From: Octopus vulgaris
Taxonomy: Eukaryota
Direction of reading: 5' to 3'
DNA length: 64,000 bases
Assembly (NCBI GenBank): GCA_951406725.2
Contig: OX597832.1
Span: 55,242,001-55,306,000, forward strand
Shown piece after piece: positions 26,595 through 39,431 of the stretch. The notes beneath the pieces were generated by a model that saw only the letters and a list, made by a program, of their open reading frames with translations, did no database searches and was not told the origin of the DNA. How positions within the stretch are numbered: position 1 is the stretch's first letter; each line of letters opens with the position of its first letter. A program made the translations under genes and the position numbers.

Positions 26595-27350
26595 TTTTTA
26601 CTTGTTTCAGTCATTTAACTGAGGCCATGCTGGAGCACCGCCATTAGTCGAGCAAGTCGACCCCAGGACTTATTCTTTGGAAGCCTGGTACATACTCTAT
26701 CGGTCACTTTTGGCGAACCTCTAAGTTATGGGAACGTAAACACACCAGCATTGGTTATCAAGCGATGTTGGGGAGACAAACACATACATATATGTATATA
26801 CATATATACGACGGGCTTCTTTCAGTTTCCGTCTACCAAATCCACTCACAAGGCTTTGGTCGGCCCGAGGCTATAGTAGAAGATACTTGCACAAGGTGCC
26901 ACGCAGTGAGAATGAACCCGGAACACAGCCACTACTGCGCCTTTTAGCCACTCATTATTATTATTACTGTTATTATAGTTAAGGCGGCGAGCTAGCAGAA
27001 TCGTTAGCACGCCGGGCGAAATGCGTAGCCGTATTTTGTCTGCCGTTACGTTCTGAGTTCAAATTCCACCGAGGTAGACTTTGCCTTTCATCCTTTCGGG
27101 GTCAATTAACTAAGTACCAGTTACACACTGGGGTCGATATAATCGACTTAATCCGTTTGTCTGTCCCTGTTTGTCCCCTCTGTGTTTCAGCCCCTTGTGG
27201 GTATTAAAGAAATAGGTATTTCGTCTGTCTTTACGTTCCGCGTTCAAATAACGCCAACGTGGACTTTGTCTTTCATCCTTTTGGAGTCAATGAGTTAAGT
27301 ACCAGTGGTTGGTAAGCAAGATACTTACCACACAGCCACTCCTACGCCTG
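26595..27350. mobile_element. SINE-B (-, 26595-26940) and SINE-A dimer (+, 26981-27305)
   Basis: Family matches. Confidence 0.85.
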
Positions 27351-27681
27351 TTAAATTATTTCCCATTTTCTGCATTTTTTTTTGTTCTTCTTTAACGTTC
27401 CTTTACTTTTTTTTTTTTTTCAACCCATTGCATATAATACCATGAAAAATTTAGTGTCAACGGCTATCTATAACCAGTTTCATCGTTCGCCTTTGCAAAA
27501 AAATTGCGAGGGTTGGGTTGAGGAGACTTTTATCAAATCAAAAGAAACCATTTAATTATAAACAGCGTTTTATTGTTGTCATTCGTTTCTCGGCAGATTC
27601 CTGTTTGTAAGATTAGTATTTGTTAAGTTAGCAACAGACATGACCGCGCCAGCTTGCAGCGTAGGTTAACACCCGTTTACA

Positions 27682-27726
<45 letters not shown>

Positions 27727-27872
27727 CAATGAGACAGGGTGGTAATAGGAAGAGTATTGAGTTTGTGTATTTCGTTATTGATTTTTTTTTTACTTCATAA
27801 TAGATTCGTGTTTGCTGCATATCAGCTTTATCACCACCACGCCTGTGGAGACACACCTCAGTTGCTTATATA

Positions 27873-27912
<40 letters not shown>

Positions 27913-27924
27913 CTTCAATTCACT

Positions 27925-27968
<44 letters not shown>

Positions 27969-27971
<3 letters not shown>

Positions 27972-28306
27972 TGCAGGAGTGGCTGTGTGGTAAGTAGCTT
28001 GCTTACCAACTACAGTAATCCCGGGTTCAGTCCCACTGCGTGTCACTCGGACTGACCAAAGCCTTGTGAATGGATTTGGTAGACGGAAACTGAAAGAAGC
28101 TCGTTGTATATATGTATATGTTTGTATGTCTGTGTTTGCCCCCCCCCCACATCACTTGACAATCGATCCTCGTGACTTAGCTGTTCGGCAAAAGAAACCG
28201 ATAGAATAAGTACTAGGCTTAGAAAGAATAAGCTCCGGGGTCGATTTGCTCGACTAAAGGCGGTGCTCCAGCATGGCTACAGTCAAATGACTGAAACAAG
28301 TAAGAG
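27969..28306 (+). mobile_element. SINE-B with internal deletions
   Basis: Family match. Confidence 0.85.
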
Positions 28307-29691
28307 TCCACTCCCTTCTCCAAGCCATTCGATTCCATCATTAATGTACATCACACCGCATCACCGTAGCTAGCGCGCTTGCTGCATTGATCTTCCATCA
28401 TCTCAGTAGTGATTAGAATTGCACCAATAACAATAGTAGTCGTAATTGTAACAGAGCTGATGGTACCTCAAGTGATGCAGTAGTAGTTGTAGTGATGGTG
28501 GTAATGAATTGTAGGATGAGGTTGATCAGGAAGTGGTGCTAGGAAACTTAGTTCCCTAATGCCGCTGTTAGGGTTATGATAATGGTGATGATTGTGATAG
28601 TGTTTATGGTGGTGGTGGTTGTCGGAGGAAAGGGAAAAGCTATCATGTTGGCTATATATACATTCAAAAGCGATTAAAGAAATAGAGGAAAAAAACTAAT
28701 TTTGATTTTATTTACGTTGATCTTGTCAAATGCCGAAGCCCTTGAACAATTAAACAGACTTTGTTTTTGTATTTGGTTTGCAAGATTTTCGATATAAAAT
28801 CATGTGTTGAAACCGGTGCGTGTGTTTATTTTAATCTTCATTGGCACAATGACCATCTTCCTAGACACAGCGAAATTAAATAAACATTTCAATTATAATG
28901 TGCAAACGGTAATATGCTAATATAGCACTGCAAGCAGATATATGCCAGCATGGAAAACGGACGTTAAATGATGTGTGTATGCTCTATTTAGATTTTGTAG
29001 TGAATACACACACATAATGTGTCTCGAGGAGTTTTCATGGCGTCAGCTGTCAGTTATTGTTTTAAACAATGTTTTTTTACATCATAAATTAAAATAAGAA
29101 TCTATAAATTAAATATTAATTCATTGATTTGACAATAATATTAATTTTTCACACAAGAATTTATCTTGTTGAACATTATTTAAAAATCATTCAGCGTTGA
29201 CTTACATTTAGTTGTTCATAAATCTATTGCTTGCTTCTATCACTTTGAAAATTCCGCTTATCGATGCTGCCGGCACAAGGTGATATTCTCGGTGCTTCTT
29301 GCGTCTGGCGCTGGCTAGAAAATCTGAATTATCTCCTTATATGTACGCAAGGAACCCACTTAGTGGTCTCTCTTATATATATTTTTTTTTTTTTTCTTTT
29401 TCTGTGTGCGTGTTGCTTACGTGATAAGAAGGTAGAAGCTTGGAGAAATATGAAATAGCTCATTCTTAATGACAGGACTTGAAGTAGATAAAGCTATAAA
29501 TAGTTGCTTGCAGACTATTGGGTTTCAAATAAACATGTGCCCTTCGAACTTTTCCATCCAAGGCGTTCGAAACGCTGTTGTTTATAGCTTTATCTTCTTC
29601 GAGTTCCACTGCTAAGAACGATGTACGTGTGTGCCACCCCCGTCACATCGTTCGTGTGCCTCAGTTTGTTTGCGCTCGTCACTGCTCACTT

Positions 29692-29899
29692 CCCGCAAGG
29701 AGCTAAACACAGAGGGGACAAACAAGGACAGACAAAGGGATTAATTCGATTACATCGACCCCAGTGCGTAACTGGTACTTAATTTATCGACCCCGAAAGG
29801 ATCGACCTCGGCGGAATTTGAACTCGGAACATAACGGCAGACGAAATACGGCTACGCATTTCGCCCAGCGTGCTAACGTTTCTCCCAGCTCGCCGCCTT
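29692..29899 (-). mobile_element. SINE-A
   Basis: Family match. Confidence 0.85.
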
Positions 29900-30963
29900 T
29901 GTATATGTGTTAAATAAGAAACTTCCTCACTTGCGGAACGGTTAAGGGTTAACGACAGGAAGAGCATCCGTCTGTAAAACAATGCCTTAATAATAATAAT
30001 AATATATTTGCAATATGTGTAACCCGTGCAAGCATGAAGAAAATGGAAGTAAAACGAAAGAACGAGTGTGGATATGTACGCATGCGTGTTTCATATTTTA
30101 AGCATTATAGATTGTAACCGTCTATACTGACTGGCCACCTGCCTGATAACCGAGTTTATTAAAGAATATGTCTGTAACTACGCTTGTCTGGGTGTGTAAA
30201 GTACGCGTGAGTGTTTGTGTGTGTATGTATGTATGTATGTATGTATGTGTGTGTGTACGTGTTTGTGGAATGCCATCGTATGCCGGATTTCACCCTCAGT
30301 AACAAATTAGTTCGTTTTTCTCGAGTGAAATTTGTTACTTCCTTGGAATGTGTAATTTTTTTTATTATTACACACACACACACACACACACATTCTCCCT
30401 CCCCCCTCTCTCTCTCTCTATTTCATACGATAATTTTGGAGGAAGTTTATGAGTTCTGCGAATTATGCAAGGCGTTCTCTAAATCTAAATATAACAATAT
30501 ATGTGTGTCTGTATATATCTATTACATTACATTAACAACATATATATATATATATAGTAGAAATATGTTACAAAAAGAATATATATATATATTGTTAGCT
30601 TTCTAAACTGCTGGGATTCTCTTTATATATTATTATTATTATTAGATATCTCTCGATTCTTCTCCTTACACATTAGTCTTAAGTCAGGTAGCCATGCATG
30701 AAATTCATTTCATCACATTGTGACAAATTTCACAGTTTACCGTAGCGGTTGGGCGGTTGTCTTTCTTTATATTTTTTGTACCTGAGCAGAGAGACAGACA
30801 TGAATGACAAGCCATGCCTAAGCCGTGCTATTTATTTTTATTAATCCAGCTCTTTGTGTTCATCAGCGATGACAACGTATTTTGTTTCTATGTTGTGTGT
30901 GTGTGTGTGTGTGTCGGTATGCGTGTTAAAATGTCCGCCTTTTTATAATGTCGTCAAAAGTTA

Positions 30964-31391
30964 GGATCTTTTCGGTTTGACCAGCAGTTTTTAAAAATAA
31001 TTTCCACGTAACTTAAACACTTTTAAACTTCGTATACTGGTAGAATGTCTTTATAAAACATCTTTTTCTCTGGGCTTTATTCAGAAAATTCTACAGTTTG
31101 TAAGATATTCGTTGTTGTTTTTTCTTCAATTTCTGCAATTTCAACCAATCAATGGCGTCTATTGTGGTGAAAACATTGTGCTGTATGAACATGTCACTCG
31201 TTTAAGAATCAGATTGGGTTTATTTACATTTGTGAAGAAAAAAAGATACCCTTCCCCCTAACCCTAACTAACCCTAACCATAACCCTAAAACAGATTGAA
31301 ATGCAATAGATCGATACTAGGGTCATAATTATGGGTGACAATTTCATATGACACCGCTAGAAAAAAACTGCCGTTCAAACCGAAAAGATCC
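30964..31391 (+). mobile_element. MITE, GGATCT TIR family
   Basis: TIRs; perfect 8-bp TSD AAAAGTTA; internal (CCCTAA)n at about 31256-31288. Confidence 0.9.
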
Positions 31392-31647
31392 AAAAGTTAC
31401 ACGGACATACTCAAGTTCATTCTCTCTTTTTTCTTATCTCACTTTTTCTCTCTTCGACCCTCTTTCCTTCCTCTTAACATCGAGAGCTGCAAAACCTTAT
31501 TGGCCAGTATCATTCGTTTATATCAGTTCTGATCCTTAGGTTGAAGGGGCGGGGGTCCATATAAGATTTTCTTGTTAAAATTTTTTCAATACACAAAATA
31601 TTTAAATCTTTTTTTTTTTTTTTAAATATTTTCTCAATAATATTCAA

Positions 31648-31983
31648 TGGCATCTTGGGCAAGTGTCTTCTGCTATAGCCCCGGGCCGACCAATGCCTTG
31701 TGAGTGGATTTGGTAGACGGAAACTGAAAGAAGCCTGTCGTATATATGTATATATATATATGTATGTGTATGTTTGTGTGTCTGTGTTTGTCCCCTAGCA
31801 TTGCTTGACAACCGATGCTGGTGTGTTTACGTCCCCGTCACCTAGCGGTTCGGCAAAAGACACCGATAGAATAAGTACTGGGCTTACAAAGAATAAGTCC
31901 CGGGGTCGATTTGCTCGACTAAAAGGTGGTGCTCCAGCATGGCCGCAGTCAAATGACTGAAACAAGTAAAAGAGTAAAGAGTA
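31648..31983 (+). mobile_element. SINE-B, 5'-truncated
   Basis: Family match. Confidence 0.88.
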
Positions 31984-31997
31984 ACAAAAATACAGTA

Positions 31998-32035
<38 letters not shown>

Positions 32036-32065
32036 CTCCGTCTTCCTTTTCTATTGGACTTTCCT

Positions 32066-32104
32066 CTATTTCTGAAGAAGAGCTTTGCTCGAAACGTCAA
32101 ACCA
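32066..32104 (+). ncRNA. Minimal hammerhead ribozyme motif (Penelope-like element type)
   Basis: UUU-CUGAAGA-A-GAGC-UUU-GCUC-GAAAC-GUC^AAA, core at 32072-32098. Loop-less palindromic helix III (ACGU); helix I only 3 bp. Confidence 0.6.
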
Positions 32105-32753
32105 CCTTACTTTCCTTCCCTGAATGTCTGCTAATACTTTACATGTACCACGTCCTCATGGTGTTGTTGTTTTCTTGTGTTTGCTCTTCGTTTTGGAGCG
32201 GGGGAGGCATTGCTATATATGATAAACCGGGTTACGGTCAACAAACTGTTTCTTTAAGAATATTGTCTGTTGAAGAACGGCAAAGGTGTATATAAATCTA
32301 CCTCTCACTGCTGCCTAGCTAATATTTGACGCATCAGTGTAACCACATATATCTAAACCTACAACCTAAATATTTCGGATTAGTCATCGATGTAGAGCGG
32401 AAAGGAGGCTTTCAATGTCATAGGACAACCATTATTTTAGAAATGCCAAGTCATGCGTAAGACTTTTTTCTTTTTTTCGGTTTTGATTTTTTTTTAATCG
32501 ACCCAGATTTCAACAGACCTAGATTTTGATGTGTATGTTACGATACCACGGAAAGGACTCTACGTAGCAACACAAGCTGATAGAAAGGAAAGAACTCTTT
32601 ATTTGAAGCAAATTTTTTCATTTCTATAATTACGGTGCAGCGAAATAGGCTCTATGTAGCCACTTCAATTGCTAGAAGAAGCACCCATCTCTCTCAAACC
32701 GTGACTTACTCTCTAAATAACGGATGTACATTCAACAGTAGGACAATGTCGTT

Positions 32754-32804
<51 letters not shown>

Positions 32805-33029
32805 CACACAGTAGGGATGGATCGCAGATCTCGACAAATAAACGTGGAAGCACTCCCGCGTATCCTTGAATAACAGATCACTTCAAATGAAAGAATAGTC
32901 ACATGTTCTTGTTTAATATTACACATACACACATACGTATCTATATATGTGTGTATATGCATATATGTAATATATATATGTGTGTGTGTGTGTGTGTATA
33001 TGCATATATGTAATAAATATATATATAGA

Positions 33030-33241
33030 CGAGCTGTCAGAAACGTTAGCACGCCGGGCGAAATGCGTTGCCGTTACGTTCCGAGTTCAAATTCCGCCGA
33101 GGTCGACTTTGCCTTTCATCCTTCCGGGGTCGATAAATTAAGTACCAGTTACGCACTGGGGTCGATGTAATCGACTTAATCCGTTTGTCTGTCCTTGTTA
33201 GTCTCCTCTGTGTTTAGCCCTTTGTGGGTAGTAAAGAAATA
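33030..33241 (+). mobile_element. SINE-A
   Basis: Family match. Confidence 0.85.
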
Positions 33242-34160
33242 AATATATATATATTAGCAGTGTTGTTAAAGTGTTGAAAATAAATTACTTGTGGTAGTTG
33301 ATCCGGCTCTCTACGTTCCGGTTTCAAACCACGCCTCTACTTGAAAACAGTTGAAGGCTGGTGACTAGAAGAGAATCCAGAATTAGAAAATTCGCCTCTA
33401 CAAATTCCGCGACCTAATTTCGATGTTTTCAGTGAGGTTTTGCAATGTTCATGTTCATGGCTTTGCCCAAAGCGTCAGCTTTTTAAATTAAAAGAAAATA
33501 TCTGCTCCACCTTGGGAGATAAGATCTGATTGTAATTCGATCTTGCTTGTGGCCCTCTGCCGGTACAATGAGCTTTTTCTTTTATTCATACACTCAATTA
33601 GTTATTCATTTATTGTTACTAGATACTTTATATTTTTCTCTGGGTGGGGCGAGTTGAAGGAACTTGACACCGAGGCCGCTTTGTGTGGATTTAACTTTAA
33701 TACAAGTGAAATGTAGTTTCATTTGAAAAATGGAAAATGAAAGCTAAAAAGTTTAAGAAACAGGTCACGGACAAAATTAAAGAGTTCCAAAGTGTTCTGC
33801 AGCCAAATGTTGATTCTCTCTTGAAATTCCTTTCACTTCCGGTTACATCATTAATCCCATCCTGGTCTGCTTTTGACACTTACGAATCTTTCTGTCTCAT
33901 CTTTACAAATCACGCCGCTTGCGATTGACAGTCTTGCCTTCGAAACACGCTTGAGTCTAACTAGCGACAGCTGATGACGGTGGATTTTTCCCTATGTAGC
34001 TTGTCCTGTACTTGTTTTGTTGTTGTAAATTTTTGTTTTTCCCGTTTCTACGTCTTGTTGTGGTGTCCTGTACTCACGTATATTTACTTATATATGCATG
34101 TATATATACATGTAGATGTAGGTACGTACATATGTTTGTATGTATGCATATATTTCTATT

Positions 34161-34196
<36 letters not shown>

Positions 34197-34699
34197 AAAT
34201 TGAAGCTGAGAGTGCCTCTCAACTCTAGATATATATGTGTGTGTGTGTGTGTATGTATGTATATTTATCAAAATAAGCAACAAGGATCTCTGGATATCCG
34301 TGTTGCTTGTTTTGATTTTAATCACCTTATTTTGAAATTGTATGAATAATACCGTACTAAATTCTGGTGCTTCAACTTAAGTACCTAATTCATCTGAATC
34401 TAAATTTTGCTACGTATGTATGTATATTTACTTGATAATTATGGTTTAACTCGTGCAGTCCTCTTTAGATATATGGGGGTCCTTTATCTATTCACGCATT
34501 GTTTCAAGCCTTCGCATGACCTCTGTAGCCATAGCTCATATTTCACTGCCACGAAGCATAATTGCACATTTGCAGGCATCATACGATCTGCCTTTCACTC
34601 TTAGGGAAAGGCCGTTTGTCATCAACAAAGATGGTGGCTCTCTGAAATTTGCCCAGCATGTTCTTATTCTAGCAGCTAGGCTTTCACAACAGGCTTGTT

Positions 34700-35258
34700 T
34701 CATTTTCCAGTCTACCAAATCCATTCGCAAGTCTTTGGTCGGTCTGAGGCTAAAGTAGAAGAAACTCGCCCAAGGTGCCACGCAGTGGGACTTAACCCGG
34801 AACCCTGTTGTTGAGAAGGAAACTTCTTATTTCTTTATTGCCCATGACGGGCTAAACACAGAGGAAACAAACAAGGACATACAAACGGATTAAGTCGATT
34901 ATATCGACCCCAGTGCATAACTAGTACTTAATTTATCGACCACGAAAGGATGAAAGGCAAAGTGGAACTCGGCGGAATTTGAACTCAGAATGTAGCGGCA
35001 GATGAAATACTATTTTTATTTCTTTACTACCCACAAGGGGATAAACACAGAGGGGACAAACAAGGACATACAAACGGATTAAGTCGATTATATCGACCCC
35101 TGTGCGTAACTGGTACTTAATTTATCGATCCCGAAAGGATGAAAGGCAAAGTGGACCTCGGCGGAATTTGAACTCAGAACGTAACAGAAGACGAAATACC
35201 GCTGAGCATTTCACCCGGCGTGCTAGCGTTTCTTGCCATACAGCCACACCCGCGCCTG
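34700..35258 (-). mobile_element. SINE-A dimer (34828-35233) nested in a SINE-B head
   Basis: SINE-B head resumes at about 35234 (CCATACAGCCACACCCGCGCC). Confidence 0.8.
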
Positions 35259-36029
35259 CATATAATATGCATAGTTGGATTCATGTCAAGAATATCTTTC
35301 CATAAAATGCAGACATCATCTCCGAGAAGGACCGTATTTTAAAAGCACTTCAAGACCTTTGGCTTTCACGAACAGAAAACGCCTTTTAAACAATGAAGTT
35401 ATCATGGTCTGAGGTCGGCCTTCGTGTCGGTCAGTTGGTTTTGAACTATTGCCGACATTCTCTTTTTCACCTTGCTGTGTCAGTCGGCGGAGAGTAAGTA
35501 GATTCAGTCCTTAACCGGCTCGATCAACTAACTCATTGAATTGATTTATCCTCCTTCATTCTTTCCTTCCATCCTTCCTTCCTTCCTTCCCCGCTCCACA
35601 GAGAAAACCCTCTCCCTACAAACACTCCGCCGTTGTTGAACTTATATCCACTGAATATAGCGTATTAGTCACGTTTAATCACATCGTCTGCAGTAGGCAG
35701 GTTGGTCGTTCTGTTGGTTGTTTTGTTATGTTCCTTCGTTTTTTTTTTTATTAATGTTTGTTATCGTTGATAACCGCGCTTCGTGAGGAAGGAAGGAAGC
35801 TCATTTGATGTTACTTCTCCAATGGTGAAATATTCGTGGGCATTTTCACAGGGTGCACTTGATTCTTGAATTCTCATTGTTTATACAGCATTTCCAGACG
35901 CGATCTGATCCCTAAACTACTGCTGCTGCTGCTGCCGCCCTGATGGGGTTGCTGTTTTTGTGGGGAGTAAAACAAATGGATACTAGCTGTGGTTTATTCG
36001 AAGTTATAAATGGGGTACGTGTGCGTGTG

Positions 36030-36055
36030 AATATGTGTGTAGATGTATGTGTATA

Positions 36056-36108
<53 letters not shown>

Positions 36109-36195
36109 GTATGTATGTATATATGTTTATGTATATACGCATGTATATATTTATATGTATGCATTTATGTGTACGTGTGTATATATGTGTTTGTG

Positions 36196-36230
<35 letters not shown>

Positions 36231-36262
36231 ATATTTATGTATGTATGTGTATATATGTATAT

Positions 36263-36305
<43 letters not shown>

Positions 36306-36490
36306 CAAACACATGTACGTATTTGTGTGTATATGTATGTTTTCATATATTTACTATGTTTATATATATGTGTGTGCGCGTGTGTATATTATATATATAT
36401 GTGAATATTATATATATATATGTGTATATTATATATATATGGGTTTTTATTTATTTAGATATATACGTTTGTGTGTGCGTGCATATATCT
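36030..36490. repeat. (TA/TG)n low-complexity tract
   Basis: Directly visible. Confidence 0.9.
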
Positions 36491-36540
36491 ATTCCCAGCT
36501 CTCCCCCCTCCCCCTCTCCCCCTCTCTCTCCCACGCTGAC

Positions 36541-36572
<32 letters not shown>

Positions 36573-36599
36573 TTATATTTCACATCAACATCAAATACT

Positions 36600-36700
36600 T
36601 CTGTCGCACATCCGGTCAGCGTGCCGAAATAAACGTATAAAAATCCATGAAATAACGTCACTAGAATTACACTTCCGGTTGGCTGCGATTTCACTTAAAA
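36600..36700 (+). promoter_or_regulatory. Candidate core promoter
   Basis: ETS-like ACATCCGG (36608) and ACTTCCGG (36671), TATAAAAA (36636) and AACGTCA half-CRE are clustered in unique DNA about 4 kb upstream of the ATG. Motif evidence only. Confidence 0.3.
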
Positions 36701-37232
36701 CCCAGACGTTATTAACATCCGCGTCTCAGTTTTAGTAACAGTCGTCAGAAGAAAGTCTTAGAATTATTGCTCAACCCGATTGTTCATTATTCAGTCTTAT
36801 GTAGATTTACTTGTATTTTGTGTTGTTTTTTCACAATTTTTCTCTTAGTTTTTATCAACGTGATATTCTTATTGTTTAGGAGGAAATAGGAGACGACAGC
36901 CGGGGCTATCTTTAATATCGTTATTTATATTTATTTTTCTTATTATGGCTCCGTGGAAAGAAAGTATTTCTTGTGCCTGGACAAGCGAACATGGGTTTTC
37001 AGTCTCTTTCTTCACAGTTTTTGTTACTCTCTTTGCTCTCTTTTACTTGTTTCAGTCATTTGACTGCGGCCATGCCGGAGCACCACCTTTAGTCGAGCAA
37101 ATCGACCCCGGGACTTATTCTTTGTAAGCCCAGTACTTATTCTATCGGTCTCTTTTTGCCGAATCGCTAAGTGACGGGAACGTAAACACACCAGCTGGTT
37201 AGCAAGCTACTTACCACACAGCCACTCCTGCG

Positions 37233-37277
<45 letters not shown>

Positions 37278-37280
<3 letters not shown>

Positions 37281-37564
37281 CAGAAATATTAAATATCTCA
37301 TAGAGATATGTGTGGTGGTGGAGCGATAGAATGGTTGTATACTGTCAACTTAGCGTGACTGTCCCGTAAGGGAATTACATCACCGCTATTTAGCCCTGGG
37401 AAGCATCGACGCTTCCTGTCGGCCTTGACACATTTGCTGCGTCCTTATATATTTGCGAAGGGGAGACAAACACCCCCAACAGCTAGGCCTGCATCTAGAT
37501 ACATGCATGTTTCAGGGTCTTGCCCATCATCAGTCTGATGATGGGCAAGACCCTGAAACATGCA

Positions 37565-37566
<2 letters not shown>
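37278..37566 (-). mobile_element. Probable Penelope-like element terminal fragment with inverted end, between (TA)n tracts
   Basis: Non-microsatellite block flanked by (TA)n on both sides; carries a hammerhead motif and ends in a 32-bp perfect inverted repeat. Confidence 0.45.
37492..37540 (-). ncRNA. Minimal hammerhead ribozyme motif (Penelope-like element type)
   Basis: Minus strand: CAUCAGA-CUGAUGA-U-GGG-CAAGA-CCC-U-GAAAC-AUGCAU-GUA^UCUAGAUG. Palindromic helix III (ACAUGCAUGU); helix I has 7 bp with one bulge. Confidence 0.6.
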
Positions 37567-37620
<54 letters not shown>

Positions 37621-37819
37621 GTAAATATTAACAAGTGAAATCAATGGTATGTTTTCATTTGTCTTGCTCATTTTTACATTTTGGCATTTTGCTGAGATTT
37701 TTTCTTGAGAACACATTCTCCGTGGTAATGGCGATTTGACGTCTATGTTTAGCATATAGGGTGTCCACTTTAGTGGTCATTCCTCTTAATTTTGTGTGTG
37801 TGTGTATATATATATATAT

Positions 37820-38233
37820 ACTCTTATTCGTTTCAGTCATATTACTGTGACCATGCTGGAGCATCGCCTTTAGTCGAGCAAATCGACCCCAGGACTTATT
37901 CTTTGTAAGCCTAGTACTTATTCTATCGGTGTATTTTGCCGAACCGCTAGGTTACGGGGACGTAAACACACCACCATCGGTTGTCAAGCGATGTTGGAGA
38001 GATAGACACGGACACACAAACACGCACACATATACATATGCGTATATATACGACGGTCTTCTTTCAATTTCCGTCTACCAAATCCACTCACAAGGCTTTG
38101 GTCGGCCCGAGGCTATAGTAGAAGACTCTTGCCCAAGGTATCACGCTGTGGGACTGAACTCGGAACCATGTGGGACTGAACTCGGAACCATGTGGTTGGT
38201 AAGCAAGCTACTTACCACACAGCCACTCCTACG
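37820..38233 (-). mobile_element. SINE-B
   Basis: Family match. A deleted copy lies at 37025-37235 and a + strand 3' part at 38738-39014. Confidence 0.85.
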
Positions 38234-38339
38234 TTATATATAATGTAAAAGCGGGGGAAACACGAAATCAAAAGCAAGCTGTGAAAGCTAGAGATTAGAG
38301 AGAGAGACAGGCATTTTTGAAATTTATTACTTCTCCCAG

Positions 38340-38607
38340 TTAGTGAAATAGGTCGCACCGACCTCTGCCACCAAACACGCTACATCGCTAATTTCCGTAG
38401 CACCCCGACACCAATCGCATCATCGTCGTCATCACCACCATCATCTTCGTCGTTGTTATTCATCAGCAGTCGAACTAGCATTGACTACTCTTATGGCCAT
38501 TGTCGAACTTGGTAAAACGAGAGGTAAAAAACCCCCTGGTGTTTCCACGTTTGGAGGGTACTACTAGCGAACAGTGGTCCCGGTGCGCGCATCCGCGCTA
38601 GCTAGAC
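38340..38607 (+). other. Candidate 5'UTR exon of the large gene
   Basis: TTCTCCCAG acceptor ends at 38339; GAC|GTAAGT donor at 38607/38608; unique CpG-containing sequence. Splicing to 40623 puts an in-frame TAG (38599-38601) upstream of ATG 40635, consistent with that ATG being the start. Confidence 0.45.
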
Positions 38608-39014
38608 GTAAGTAGTCGATCCTACAACGACTTGCGCGTATGTTTGTATTTCAAGGCTGAATACATATCAAAGAAAATTAAATAATATTTTTTCGGACAA
38701 AGTAAATAAAACGCAAAGTAAATAATTTTTAAAACTAAGTGTGGATTTGGTTGACGGAAACTGAAAGAAGCCCATCGTATATATATATATGTGTGTGTGT
38801 GTGTGTATGTATGTGTGTCTGTGTTTGTCCCCCCCAACATCGCTTGACAACCGATGCTGGTGCGTTTACGTCCCCGTAACATTAGCAGTTCGGCAAAAGA
38901 GACCGATAGAATAAAGTACTAGGCTTACAAAGAATAAGTCCCTGGTGCGATTAGCTCGACTAAAGGCGGTGCTCCAGCATGGCCACAGTCAAATGACTGA
39001 AACAAGTAAAAGAG

Positions 39015-39094
<80 letters not shown>

Positions 39095-39391
39095 GTTTCG
39101 TAAGCTCACCATATTTGATTTATGACTATATTATTACACGGCGTTTTGTAGATCTAACACCCGACTGTGATCTGAGTTAAATAACAAGACTGTGTCTATG
39201 TAGGCCACTTATTATCGGCATTTCCACCGCAATAAATAGTATGTTAATGACGAGTGAATGGGTGGTGGTGATGGGGTCATGGTGAGTGAGAGAGTGCTGA
39301 ACGATAAACGATTTTTTTTTTTAAGCTTAAACTGTGACTCACTAATCAGTTTAACTTTTGGGCAAGAGTAGTCACGAAATTCGCTCTTCAG

Positions 39392-39430
<39 letters not shown>

Positions 39431-39431
<1 letters not shown>

